64,000 nucleotides of DNA from positions 3,359 through 67,358 of the forward strand of contig JBKCLO010000193.1 of NCBI GenBank assembly GCA_046300675.1, in the 5' to 3' direction. Of the stretch, positions 37,073-46,750 are shown piece by piece. A program made the position numbers and the translations under genes. Below the pieces are notes generated by a model, which searched no databases, was not told where the DNA came from, and worked only from the letters and a program-made list of their open reading frames with translations. Source of the DNA: Ignavibacteria bacterium. Its GTDB lineage: Bacteria > Bacteroidota > Ignavibacteria > Kapaibacteriales > Kapaibacteriaceae. Within the stretch, counting starts at the first letter, position 1. Every line of letters starts with the position of its first letter.

Positions 37073-39271
37073 CTATATCCCGATATGAGCGCCCAGCTCT
37101 AACGTCCGCTTCGTCGGAATACCGAAGTATGATGCCGGTGTACGCGAGTTGCGATGCAGGAACACAAAGATCTCCTTGCGCCACTTTGCCATGTTCTTAC
37201 CATCCCGGATCGAGATCGTCTCGTGACCAAGAACAAAGATCGCGTCGGTTACGTCTACCATCACATCGAGCTCAGGTAGAAATTTGAGATCTGCCATAAT
37301 GTCGAGCTGATCCATAAAGCCATAGCGCACATTGACTGTGTAGATACTTGTGTGGCCCTTGATCTCCTTGACGTCGTAACGCGCGCGTGGGTCGCCCACG
37401 CCCCGCTCGCGAGCATTTGCAGTGATCTCTACGGAGAGAAACACCAAGCACTCGTGTCGGACTCTATTGTAGGTTAGGTTGCTCACAAGCGCTCGTGGTG
37501 CATTGCCTATGGTCTGCGTCATGTAGATCGCAGTGCCGGCAACATGCTCGTGCCATCTGTTGGGTTCGTTAAGAACATCAGTAAGGGGCTTACTGGTCCG
37601 CTCGATGGCCTGCTGCAGAAGTCTTCTTCCTGTATGCCATGTTACCATGACCATAAACACAACGCATGCAAGAACGATCGGTACATATCCGCCGTGGAAG
37701 AACTTGAGTCCGTTTGCCGAAACAAAAGCAACATCGATAACAAGGAACAGCATACTAACCGAGGTTGCTGCCAGCTGACTCCATCCGAGAATGTTCCTCA
37801 TTGCCGACCATGCCAGGATGGTGGTGATCACCATTGTTGATGTAACGGCGATGCCGTATGCGGCAGCCAGAGCACCGGACGATGAGAACGTAACCACGAG
37901 CACAACGCACAAGATGAAGAGCAGCCAGTTGATCGTTGGAATGTAGATCTGGCCGCGCTCTTCACTCGACGTATGCATAACCTTGAGACGTGGTATGTAT
38001 CCGAGCTGCAGTGCCTGCCAGGTAAGCGAGAACGAACCGGAGATCACAGCTTGTGAGGCGATGATCGTTGCTCCCGTTGAGATGAGCACCAGAGGCAGAA
38101 CGCCCCATGACGGCACCATGTGGAAGAATGGGTTGGCAAGTGTAGCCGGGTTCGAACCGTCGCGCAGCAGCAGCGCACCTTGTCCGAAGTACTGCAGCAG
38201 CAGCGCAGGGTAGGCAAAGTAGAACCAGCCGCGCATGATCGGCGTGCGGCCGAAGTGCCCCATGTCTGCATAGAGCGCCTCGCCACCAGTAACAACCAGG
38301 AAGACGCTACCAAGAACAGCAAAACCCAGAAATCCATGTTGCACGAAGAATGTCAGAGCATGGTATGGATTGATGGCCCATAGGATGTCGGGTGTCTTGC
38401 TGATGCTTATGACGCCAAGTATGGCAAGCAATCCGAACCAGCCCATCATGAACGGGCCAAAGATCTTGCCTACGCTGGCGGTTCCGTACTTCTGAATAAA
38501 GAACAGCCCGAAGAGAATAACCAGCGTGATCGGTACGATAAAGCGATTTGAATTCGGAGTGTCGATGATCTTGGTCTCTTCTTCGCCGCTTCGATTGATG
38601 ACTGTGAACGTAAGATCGTCTCCGCTGCTCGACGAAATGATGCGTGTTAGTGAGTCTGGAGCATAGATGTCTTTACCGTTGACCTTAACAATGAGCATAC
38701 CCTTGTGCATCTCATTCTCGGCCATTTTCCCCTTTGGGTCTATGCTGTCGATCAGCACGCCGTATGTGTAACCATATGCAGAAAGCTGATTGGCAGTAGG
38801 CACACTGGTTCGATAACCGAGATCATTGGATGGGGCGGCAACCGTAAGACCCTCTATTGCAGAAAGCACGGAAATGGCCGGCGTGATTACGCCGTCGCCG
38901 TAGAGCAGTGCAGAGCCAAACAGACCCATCACAATGATGGCTGTGCGTTTGATCAACTTGCTTTTAAACTTCGCCACAAGCTCCATCAGGGCCAGAATGC
39001 CCCCTTCACCATTGTTGCCGAAGCGCATGATGATGGCCAAGTACTTCACACCGATGATCAGCGTTAGAGACCAAAAGATCAGTGACAGAATGCCCTTGAT
39101 CTCCGATTCGCCATGCGGCAGCCCGTAATGGGGTGAGAAGCATTCTTTGAGGGCGTACAGGGGGCTCGTACCGATATCACCGAAGACAACGCCGACCGCT
39201 GCAACGGTGAGTGCCATCAGGCGCGACTTTGAGGTAGCGTTTGCGCCCGAATCAGCATGTGATTGGTCCAT
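37073..39271 (-). CDS. kup: KUP/HAK/KT-family potassium transporter carrying an inserted PDZ-like domain
   Basis: Colinear with E. coli Kup as I recall it: VGVVFGDIGTSPLYALKECF, NNGEGGILALM, GDGVITPAISVLSAIEGL, GGEALYADMGHFG and ASQAVISGSFSL. Start at ATG 39271 (MDQSHADSG...). About 92 extra residues lie between ...EGLTVAAPS and RFIVPITLVIL. Confidence 0.9.
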   Translation of the reverse strand: MDQSHADSGANATSKSRLMALTVAAVGVVFGDIGTSPLYALKECFSPHYGLPHGESEIKGILSLIFWSLTLIIGVKYLAIIMRFGNNGEGGILALMELVAKFKSKLIKRTAIIVMGLFGSALLYGDGVITPAISVLSAIEGLTVAAPSNDLGYRTSVPTANQLSAYGYTYGVLIDSIDPKGKMAENEMHKGMLIVKVNGKDIYAPDSLTRIISSSSGDDLTFTVINRSGEEETKIIDTPNSNRFIVPITLVILFGLFFIQKYGTASVGKIFGPFMMGWFGLLAILGVISISKTPDILWAINPYHALTFFVQHGFLGFAVLGSVFLVVTGGEALYADMGHFGRTPIMRGWFYFAYPALLLQYFGQGALLLRDGSNPATLANPFFHMVPSWGVLPLVLISTGATIIASQAVISGSFSLTWQALQLGYIPRLKVMHTSSEERGQIYIPTINWLLFILCVVLVVTFSSSGALAAAYGIAVTSTMVITTILAWSAMRNILGWSQLAATSVSMLFLVIDVAFVSANGLKFFHGGYVPIVLACVVFMVMVTWHTGRRLLQQAIERTSKPLTDVLNEPNRWHEHVAGTAIYMTQTIGNAPRALVSNLTYNRVRHECLVFLSVEITANARERGVGDPRARYDVKEIKGHTSIYTVNVRYGFMDQLDIMADLKFLPELDVMVDVTDAIFVLGHETISIRDGKNMAKWRKEIFVFLHRNSRTPASYFGIPTKRTLELGAHIGI

Positions 39272-39322
39272 TGAGGGACCTTTAACTTCTGAAACAACAG
39301 AGCCCCATGTACTTGGGGCTAT

Positions 39323-39330
39323 CAAACTTA
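39323..39330 (-). promoter_or_regulatory. putative -7 promoter element TAAGTTTG (minus strand) upstream of kup
   Basis: Reverse complement of caaactta. Exact TAnnTTTG match 52 nt upstream of ATG 39271. A 7-bp hairpin (39301-39320) lies in the predicted leader. Confidence 0.3.
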
Positions 39331-39352
39331 CGGACCAACGGCACTCATTCTG

Positions 39353-39360
39353 TAATTTTG
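39353..39360 (+). promoter_or_regulatory. putative -7 promoter element TAATTTTG upstream of gcdH
   Basis: Exact TAnnTTTG match 46 nt upstream of ATG 39407, in the 135-nt divergent intergenic region. Confidence 0.3.
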
Positions 39361-39406
39361 TTGTTCTAGTGGCGCAATACAACATCCATCATCAACGGCA
39401 GACACA

Positions 39407-40573
39407 ATGTCATTTCAGCATCCGGATTATTTCAACATCGACGAGCTCCTAACCGAAGAAGAAAAGCTTGTTCGCCAAACCGTGCGCGACTTCGTTGATA
39501 ACGAAGTACTTCCCATCATTGAGCACAGTGCGCGCGAGGGCATCTTCCCCATGCACCTTGTAAAGAAGATGGCAGAGATCGGCCTGTTTGGTATTACGCT
39601 GCCGCAGGAGTACGGTTGTGCCGGACTCAACAGCACGTGTTACGGACTTGCGATGCAGGAATTGGAGCGGGGTGATTCGGGTATCCGCTCGTTCGCCTCT
39701 GTGCAGAGTTCGCTTGTGATGTATCCGATCTACGCTTTCGGCTCCGAAGAGCAGAAGCGCAAGTGGCTTCCGAAGCTTGCCGCAGGAGAAGCCATTGGTT
39801 GCTTCGGTTTAACTGAACCAGATGCTGGATCTAATCCTGCATCCATGATCACCAACGCCAAGAAGATCGATGGTGGCTTTTTGCTCAACGGCGCCAAGAT
39901 GTGGATCACGAATGGAACGTTGGCCGACGTAGCGGTGGTCTGGGCGAAACTTGACGGTGTGGTTCGCGGCTTCTTGGTCGAAAAGGGCATGAAGGGCTTC
40001 AGCGCACCGGAAATGAAGGGTAAGCATTCATTGCGCGCCTCGGTTACATCTGAACTGGTGTTTCAAGATGTGGAGCTGCCGGAAGACAGCATCCTGCCGG
40101 GAGTGGAGGGACTTCGTGGACCACTATCCTGCCTTACACAGGCCCGTTATGGTATTTCGTGGGGCGTGGTGGGGTCTGCCATGGCATGCTACGACTCTTC
40201 GCTGAACTATGCAAAGAGCCGCATAACATTCGGCAAGCCAATCGCCGGATACCAGATGATCCAGGAGCGGCTTGTGCTGATGCTCAATGAGATCACCAAG
40301 GCCCAGCTGCTCTGCTGGCGTCTCGGTAAGATCAAGGATTCCGGTAGCTTACGTCCACAGCAGGTTTCCCTGGCTAAGCGAAACAACTGCGAAATGGCCC
40401 TCAATATTGCCCGCATGGCCCGGGAAATTCACGGCGCAAACGGTATTCTGGACGAATATCCGATCATGAGGCACGCCGCAAACCTAGAATCTGTAAAGAC
40501 ATACGAGGGCACTCACGAAATGCACACACTTATCCTGGGACAGGACATTACCGGGCTGAGCGCGTTTTCTTGA
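39407..40573 (+). CDS. gcdH: glutaryl-CoA dehydrogenase (acyl-CoA dehydrogenase family)
   Basis: Near-colinear with mammalian GCDH as I recall it: VQSSLVMYPIYAFGSEEQK, GCFGLTEPDAGSNP, GKHSLRASVT, AKRNNCEMALNIAR and TYEGTHEMHTLILGQDITG. Confidence 0.85.
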   Translation: MSFQHPDYFNIDELLTEEEKLVRQTVRDFVDNEVLPIIEHSAREGIFPMHLVKKMAEIGLFGITLPQEYGCAGLNSTCYGLAMQELERGDSGIRSFASVQSSLVMYPIYAFGSEEQKRKWLPKLAAGEAIGCFGLTEPDAGSNPASMITNAKKIDGGFLLNGAKMWITNGTLADVAVVWAKLDGVVRGFLVEKGMKGFSAPEMKGKHSLRASVTSELVFQDVELPEDSILPGVEGLRGPLSCLTQARYGISWGVVGSAMACYDSSLNYAKSRITFGKPIAGYQMIQERLVLMLNEITKAQLLCWRLGKIKDSGSLRPQQVSLAKRNNCEMALNIARMAREIHGANGILDEYPIMRHAANLESVKTYEGTHEMHTLILGQDITGLSAFS

Positions 40574-40609
40574 CAAGTTTCTCCGTATATTTGTAACCGA
40601 TTTCGAAGG

Positions 40610-40636
40610 GTGGGCGATTTCGCCCACTTTTCGTTT
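40610..40636 (+). terminator. rho-independent terminator after gcdH
   Basis: Stem gtgggcg / cgcccac with loop attt, followed by ttttcgttt. It sits 37 nt after the TGA at 40571-40573. Confidence 0.6.
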
Positions 40637-40674
40637 ATGCACATGTATGACGATGCCTCTTAGAGAGGGACATT

Positions 40675-41139
40675 ATGAAGGAGACCTTGCCGGAGCAAAT
40701 CCGGACTGTGATTGTTGATTCGTGCAACGATGCAGGAGTTTCCCTTATTGATGTCGTCATGCGGGGTCAGGCAAGGCAGCTGATCTTGGATGTTTTCATC
40801 GATGCACCTGATGGAATCACCCACGATCATTGCCGAGATGTTAGCCGCGGCATTGATGAGCGGCTGCAGGATCATGAATTTGCCGGCCGCCTTCGGGCGG
40901 TCGATGTGTCTTCGCCCGGAGCTGAGGCTCCAGTGAAGTTTCTTTGGCAGCTACAGAAAAATACTGGGCGTACGGTTCGTGTAACGCGAACCGATGGTTC
41001 TGTGATCGAAGGCTCCCTTGTAAGGGCCGATGACACGGGGCTGGACGTTCAGCCGAAACAAACGAAAAAGGAACCCAAGCCCCTTGCTACGATCCTAGCA
41101 GAGGATGTACAAGAGGCAAAGGTGTTGATCACGTTCTAG
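40675..41139 (+). CDS. rimP: ribosome maturation factor RimP
   Basis: Size (154 aa), position immediately upstream of nusA, and N-terminal pattern ...GVSLIDVVMRGQARQLILDVFIDAPDGITHDHCRDVSRGIDERL, followed by an SH3-like C-terminal half. Confidence 0.8.
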   Translation: MKETLPEQIRTVIVDSCNDAGVSLIDVVMRGQARQLILDVFIDAPDGITHDHCRDVSRGIDERLQDHEFAGRLRAVDVSSPGAEAPVKFLWQLQKNTGRTVRVTRTDGSVIEGSLVRADDTGLDVQPKQTKKEPKPLATILAEDVQEAKVLITF

Positions 41140-41165
41140 AGGGTAGGGGGCAGCCCCTATTCGTC

Positions 41166-42638
41166 ATGGAGACGAGTAACATGGCACGTCGGAAAGTAAA
41201 ACAGCAAGTCGACAACAAGAAGCTCATCATCGAGGCCTTCAATGAGATGGCGCGTGAGAAGAGCATTGACCGCGACCTCCTGCAGGGTATCGTAGAAGAG
41301 ACTCTGTCTGCAATGGTGCGTAAGAAGTACGGTTTGGAATCGAACTTCGACATCATTGTGAACATGGAAAAGGGCGACATCGAGATCTATCTCATGCGTG
41401 AGATCGTCGAAGAAGTCGAGAACCCTGAGTTGCAGATATCTGCCGAAGAAGTTCGCGAGGCCACCGGCGATGAGCCGGAGATTGGCGACGAGCACATCGA
41501 AGAGATCACGCTTGAGAATATCGCAGATTCGTTTGGACGCCGGCTTATTGCGCAGGCTATCCAGAATCTCAACCAGCGTATACGCGACGTTGAGAAGGAC
41601 AACATCTACGACGAGTATGCCAAGCGTGTTGGAGAAGTGATCATCGGCGAGATCTACCAGGTGCGTCCGAATAACATCTTGGTGATGCACAACAAGGTCG
41701 AGATGCGTCTTCCACGTGAAGAGCAGATCCCAACAGAGCGTCTCAAGAAGAACCAGCAGGTGAAGGCAATCCTGAAAGAAGTTCGCCGGTCGGGCGGAGC
41801 AACAGGACTTCCTGATCTGATTCTTTCGCGCGCTGATGATTCATTTATGGCGCGACTATTTGAGCAGGAGATCCCTGAGATCTTTGACGGCATCATCAAG
41901 ATTCGTGCGATTGCACGCGAACCTGGCGAGCGCGCCAAGGTAGCTGTTACGTCATTTGATGAGCGTGTCGATCCAGTTGGTGCCTGTGTTGGTATGAAGG
42001 GAATTCGTATCCACTCGATCGTACGCGAACTAGGCAATGAGAATATCGACATCATCGAGTTCACTGAAGATCCACGGTTGTTCATCGCCCGTGCACTCTC
42101 GCCTGCCAAGGTGCGCGACGTGCAGATCAGCGAAGATGGACGTCAGGCAGTGGTGATCGTTCCTGATGATCAGGTCTCGCTTGCCATCGGCAAACAAGGA
42201 CAAAACGTGCGTCTTGCTTCAAAGCTAACGGGCTACTCGCTCTCGCTTGTCAAGGAAGGTGCAGAGGATATTGAGCTTATTGAATTCCGCGACGAAATCG
42301 GCCGTGAGACATTCGACCAGCTGATTCGTGCTGGAATTGATACGGCCCGTGAGTTTCTCGAGGCCGAGCCAATGGGGCTGCTTGCGATCGTTCCGAAGGA
42401 CATGATCGTTCGCATACGTCGCGTGATGCTTGAGGAGTTTGAAGAGCGCGAAGATCAGAACTACCTGATAGCTCTTGAGGATGCAGACCTTGCAAGGTCT
42501 ACTCCGAGTGTAGTTGCAGATGATGATATTGCAGAGTCATATGCCGAAGACACTCCAGAGGTATATGAACAAGAAGAAGGTGAGCAGGTAGAAGAGGAAG
42601 AATCTTCTGATGCCTCCACTGAACAAGGTGATGAATAA
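41166..42638 (+). CDS. nusA: transcription termination/antitermination factor NusA
   Basis: N-terminal LIIEAFNEMAREKSIDRDLL. S1 region GEVIIGEIYQV. KH domains (ACVGMKGIRIHSIVRELGNENIDII, AIGKQGQNVRLASKLTG). Acidic C-terminal tail. Confidence 0.95.
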   Translation: METSNMARRKVKQQVDNKKLIIEAFNEMAREKSIDRDLLQGIVEETLSAMVRKKYGLESNFDIIVNMEKGDIEIYLMREIVEEVENPELQISAEEVREATGDEPEIGDEHIEEITLENIADSFGRRLIAQAIQNLNQRIRDVEKDNIYDEYAKRVGEVIIGEIYQVRPNNILVMHNKVEMRLPREEQIPTERLKKNQQVKAILKEVRRSGGATGLPDLILSRADDSFMARLFEQEIPEIFDGIIKIRAIAREPGERAKVAVTSFDERVDPVGACVGMKGIRIHSIVRELGNENIDIIEFTEDPRLFIARALSPAKVRDVQISEDGRQAVVIVPDDQVSLAIGKQGQNVRLASKLTGYSLSLVKEGAEDIELIEFRDEIGRETFDQLIRAGIDTAREFLEAEPMGLLAIVPKDMIVRIRRVMLEEFEEREDQNYLIALEDADLARSTPSVVADDDIAESYAEDTPEVYEQEEGEQVEEEESSDASTEQGDE

Positions 42639-42649
42639 CTGAAGGTTGT

Positions 42650-45640
42650 ATGGCTGGTTCTACCGGAAATAAACTTTTTAAGGTCGCGAGTCAGATCAAC
42701 ATTGGTCGTGATGCGATCGTTGAGTACTTGGCGTCGAAGGGTCATAAGATCGACAACAAGGCAACGACCGTACTAACCGATGAACAGCTCGACATTGTGA
42801 TCGAAAAGTTCGCGAAGGAACTTAAGTCTGCCCAAAAGCAGCGCGAAAAGGTCCAACGCCAACAAGCTGTGCGCAAGAGTCATCTTGAGCAGGGCAATGC
42901 TGTGTCTATCGACACGATTGCCGAGGCACACGAGCGCGAGCGCGAGATCGAAGAGCGGCTTGAACGTCCAGCAGATGCCAAGGAGCAGGTTGTTGCAGCC
43001 GAACCGGTATCAACTCCCGTGCAGGCGGCAGCGCCCGAGCCTGAGCCGCCGGTTGCCCCTGAGCAGGAAGAGCAGCAGACGCCTGTTGCTGGCCCTACAG
43101 TGGGTGTGGTGATCGACCTTTCACAAGCTGAAGAGCAGGAGAAGATCGACGAAGCAGCTCAGAAGCTGGCCAAGTCGAAGAAGGGCCAAAAGGAGGCTGC
43201 AAAGCCGGTAGCTGCCAAGACAGAAGTCAAGGAAATCGTTAATGAGGTGGCAGCCCCGACTGAAGCCCCGGCAGTGACGGCAGAAGTGCCGCAGCCTGCG
43301 GCAGCTGAGGCCCCGGCGCCTGCCGCCGAAGAGTCGGCCGATAGCGATGAGAAGAAGGGCAAACGCCGTCGCAAGGGCGTGATCGAAGTAGAATACAAGC
43401 CAGGAGAAGGTGCCACGCTCCGTGGTTTGACGGTCGTGGGCAAGATCGATCTTGCACCGAAACCCCCACCGCGTCCGAAGAGAGACGATCGGCGTCCAGG
43501 CGGCGGTGGTGGCGATCAGCGTCGTGGTGCTATTGGCGATGCACTTGCAGCCCGCGGACGTGGGCCAGGTGGTGGACCGCAGGGGGGTGGCGGACAGTTT
43601 GGAGATTCGGGATCCCGCGGGCCAAATACCGGCGGTGGTGGACGTCCGAACTTCGGACCAAATGCAACTCCGGCCGCAGCCAAGAAAGACGACAAGAAAA
43701 AGAAGAAGACCAATACCAAGGGTATGCGTACGCAGGTCTCCGACTCTGATGTTGAGCGAGCGATCCGACAGACGTTGTCGGGTATGGAGTACGCTCCGTC
43801 AGGCGGCCGCGCAAAACTGCGCATGCGTAAGCGTCTGGAGCGCGAAGAGAAAGAAGCGATTCGCCAAGAAGAGTTGGCGCGTGAGAGCTCTATCCTGCGT
43901 CTGTCGGAGTTCGTGACAACGGCGGACCTTGCCAACATGATGCGCGTAACAGCATCCGATATCATTATGAAGTGTATGGGACTTGGTCTGATGGTTTCCA
44001 TCAACCAGCGTCTCGATAAGGACACAATCATCCTGATCGCCTCTGACTACGGTTTTGAGGTTGATTTCGTTGATGATCAAGCTGAAATGGTAATCGAGGA
44101 GGAAGCAGATTCACCAGAGTCTCTTCAGTCACGATCACCTATCGTTACAATCATGGGTCACGTAGACCACGGTAAGACGTCGCTTCTGGACTACATTCGC
44201 AATGCGAATGTGGTTGCCGGCGAGGCCGGTGGTATTACGCAGCATATCGGTGCCTACCGTGTGGAGCTACCGAGCGGACGTTCAATCAGTTTCCTTGATA
44301 CGCCGGGTCACGAGGCCTTTACGGCCATGCGTGCCCGCGGTGCTCAGGTAACAGACATCGTGGTGCTGGTTGTCTCTGCCGACGACAGCGTGATGCCTCA
44401 GACAATTGAGGCCATCTCGCACGCGCAGGCTGCCGGTGTGCCAATCGTTGTGGCAATCAATAAGATCGATAGGCCTGATGCAAACCCAGATCGCATTCGT
44501 CAGCAGCTTGCAGACCACGGTGTTCTCGTAGAAGACTGGGGCGGCAAATTCCAGGTAGCTGAAGTGTCGGCAAAGACAGGACATAACGTTCCTATGCTTC
44601 TTGAGAAGATTCTTCTCGAGGCAGACTTGCTAGACCTCAAGGCAAATCCTGATCGTAATGCAAAGGCAACTGTCATTGAAGCCCACATTGATAAGGGGCG
44701 TGGCAATGTTGTTACGGTGATGGTGCAGACAGGTACTCTTAACGTCGGCGACATCTTCGTGTGCGGTCAGTTCGCTGGTCGTGTACGCGCGATGTTCGAT
44801 GAACGTGGACATCGTATGGAGCAGGCCGGGCCATCAATGCCGGCACAGGTCACAGGATTTGACGGTCTGCCGAATGCGGGCGACATCCTCATGGAAATGG
44901 AGACCGACGCAGAAGCACGCGATGTAGCAACAAGACGTCAGCAGCTACGACGTGAACAGCAGTTCCGTGGCATGCGCCATATGACACTCGACGACATCTC
45001 AGCACAAATCCAACAAGGCGGCGTTAAGGAACTCCGCTTGATCGTACGTGCAGATGTGAGCGGTTCTGTTGAAGCCCTTTCGGACTCTCTGCAGAAGCTC
45101 TCTACGCAAGAGGTCAAAGTTCGCATCCTCTACCGCGGCGTTGGTGCTATCTCCGAGAGCGACATCATGCTGGCTTCTGCCTCTGATGCCGTTATCGTTG
45201 GTTTCCAGATCAACGTTCCACCTGCTGCCCGCAAGCTTGCTGAAGCAGAGCATGTTGATGTGCGTTTGTACTCCATCATCTACGACTGTATCAACGAAGT
45301 ACAGCTGGCTCTCGAGGGTATGCTTACGCCTGACATCAAAGAAGAGATCACATCCACAGTCGAGGTTCGTGCAATCTTCAAGATCAGTAAGCTCGGCACG
45401 ATCGCTGGATGCTACGTTCAGAACGGTAAGATCACACGTAACGATAAGGTTCGTGTGCTTCGTGATGGATTTGAGATCTACAAGGGTACGCTTGCCTCTC
45501 TCAAGCGCGTCAAGGATGACGTTCGCGAGGTTGATTCGGGTTACGAATGCGGTATCGGCGTTCAAGGATTCAACGATCTCGAAATGGGCGACATCATTGA
45601 AGGCTACAAGACAGTTGAAGTGAAACGGAAGCTAGCGTAA
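42650..45640 (+). CDS. infB: translation initiation factor IF-2
   Basis: GTPase core VTIMGHVDHGKTSLLD, DTPGHEAF and AINKID. Long low-complexity N-terminal region (Ala/Pro/Glu-rich, then Gly/Arg-rich). Confidence 0.95.
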   Translation: MAGSTGNKLFKVASQINIGRDAIVEYLASKGHKIDNKATTVLTDEQLDIVIEKFAKELKSAQKQREKVQRQQAVRKSHLEQGNAVSIDTIAEAHEREREIEERLERPADAKEQVVAAEPVSTPVQAAAPEPEPPVAPEQEEQQTPVAGPTVGVVIDLSQAEEQEKIDEAAQKLAKSKKGQKEAAKPVAAKTEVKEIVNEVAAPTEAPAVTAEVPQPAAAEAPAPAAEESADSDEKKGKRRRKGVIEVEYKPGEGATLRGLTVVGKIDLAPKPPPRPKRDDRRPGGGGGDQRRGAIGDALAARGRGPGGGPQGGGGQFGDSGSRGPNTGGGGRPNFGPNATPAAAKKDDKKKKKTNTKGMRTQVSDSDVERAIRQTLSGMEYAPSGGRAKLRMRKRLEREEKEAIRQEELARESSILRLSEFVTTADLANMMRVTASDIIMKCMGLGLMVSINQRLDKDTIILIASDYGFEVDFVDDQAEMVIEEEADSPESLQSRSPIVTIMGHVDHGKTSLLDYIRNANVVAGEAGGITQHIGAYRVELPSGRSISFLDTPGHEAFTAMRARGAQVTDIVVLVVSADDSVMPQTIEAISHAQAAGVPIVVAINKIDRPDANPDRIRQQLADHGVLVEDWGGKFQVAEVSAKTGHNVPMLLEKILLEADLLDLKANPDRNAKATVIEAHIDKGRGNVVTVMVQTGTLNVGDIFVCGQFAGRVRAMFDERGHRMEQAGPSMPAQVTGFDGLPNAGDILMEMETDAEARDVATRRQQLRREQQFRGMRHMTLDDISAQIQQGGVKELRLIVRADVSGSVEALSDSLQKLSTQEVKVRILYRGVGAISESDIMLASASDAVIVGFQINVPPAARKLAEAEHVDVRLYSIIYDCINEVQLALEGMLTPDIKEEITSTVEVRAIFKISKLGTIAGCYVQNGKITRNDKVRVLRDGFEIYKGTLASLKRVKDDVREVDSGYECGIGVQGFNDLEMGDIIEGYKTVEVKRKLA

Positions 45641-45642
45641 CA

Positions 45643-46026
45643 GTGTCGATTCGCACAGAACGAGTAGCCGGGGAGATCCAAAAGGCTCTTGCCGGTCCCC
45701 TTCGCACGATTGCCGAGGAGCTCTCTGCCGGGTTCATATCGGTAACGGAGATACGTTTGTCTGCGGATCTGCAACTGGCACGCGTGTACTTGAGTGTTTT
45801 TGGTGGACGTCGTTCCCCGGCTGAAGTGCTCGACCATTTGGAAGAACACGAAACGGGGCGTCTACGTCATCAACTGGCCAAGTCTGTGCGGTTGCGTTAC
45901 ACTCCTTCGCTGAAGTTCTATATCGATGATTCACTCGACAGGGCACAACGAATTGAGGCTATCCTTGACCGCGTGCGACCTGTAGATGCAGATCAAGAAG
46001 AGGGCAATGACAACAACGGCGAATGA
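45643..46026 (+). CDS. rbfA: ribosome-binding factor A
   Basis: GTG start 2 nt after the infB stop. RTERVAGEIQKALAGPL...VTEIRLSADLQLARVYLSV pattern. Confidence 0.9.
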   Translation: MSIRTERVAGEIQKALAGPLRTIAEELSAGFISVTEIRLSADLQLARVYLSVFGGRRSPAEVLDHLEEHETGRLRHQLAKSVRLRYTPSLKFYIDDSLDRAQRIEAILDRVRPVDADQEEGNDNNGE

Positions 46027-46750
46027 TCGGATGATACTGGATCGCTCTACCGTAGGGCAGATCGATCAATGGTTGGAGCAAGCAAGATCGGTAGGTGCTA
46101 TAGCGCTCATTGACAAAGAAGAAACGTGGACATCGTTTGACTGTGTTGCAAAGGTGCGCAACATGTCTCGTATAAAGCGGGTGGGGCATGCAGGTACGCT
46201 CGACCCCCTGGCAACGGGGCTCCTGGTGCTTTGCTTTGGCAAGGCCACCAAAGACATTGCAATGCTTCAGGAAGACGTGAAAGTCTATGATGTAGACATC
46301 CTGCTCGGTGCTACCTCAACTACTGACGACCGCGGCGGCGAGGTCGCAGATCATGAAGCTACCGAGGTCGATGCTGATGCTATTGGTTTAGCACTCCAGA
46401 GCTTTGTAGGACTCATCCAACAAACGCCCCCTGCATTCAGTGCTGTGCGCCACCAAGGCAGAAGGCAGTATGATCTTGCCCGCGAAGGCAAAGACTTTAC
46501 ACCTAAGGTGCGCGAGGTTACGGTACACAGTATCGACAATGTGGTGATTGCATGGCCACATGTGCAATGCAGCATCATATGCTCAAAGGGCACATACATA
46601 CGCTCGATCGCACGAGATCTTGGAATCATGCTTGGTTGCGGCGGGTATGTCTGGACGTTGCGAAGAGTCCGAAGTGGCGGCTTTGCTGCTGATGCAGCGC
46701 TGACCATCAACGAGATTCGAGAGGCACTTACAAACGAGACTGCCTCATGA
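46007..46750 (+). CDS. truB: tRNA pseudouridine(55) synthase
   Basis: Catalytic Asp motif GHAGTLDPLATGLLVLCFGKATK. Start ambiguous: ATG 46007 is preceded by GAAGAGGG and overlaps rbfA by 20 nt, while the alternative is ATG 46031. Confidence 0.9.
   Translation: MTTTANDRMILDRSTVGQIDQWLEQARSVGAIALIDKEETWTSFDCVAKVRNMSRIKRVGHAGTLDPLATGLLVLCFGKATKDIAMLQEDVKVYDVDILLGATSTTDDRGGEVADHEATEVDADAIGLALQSFVGLIQQTPPAFSAVRHQGRRQYDLAREGKDFTPKVREVTVHSIDNVVIAWPHVQCSIICSKGTYIRSIARDLGIMLGCGGYVWTLRRVRSGGFAADAALTINEIREALTNETAS

Noticed and set aside
40586-40593. TATATTTG (exact TAnnTTTG) between the gcdH stop and its terminator, as a possible rimP operon promoter.
   Set aside because: It lies upstream of the terminator hairpin (40610-40636), so transcripts from it would have to read through the terminator. 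It is kept only as an ambiguous hit, not called as a feature.
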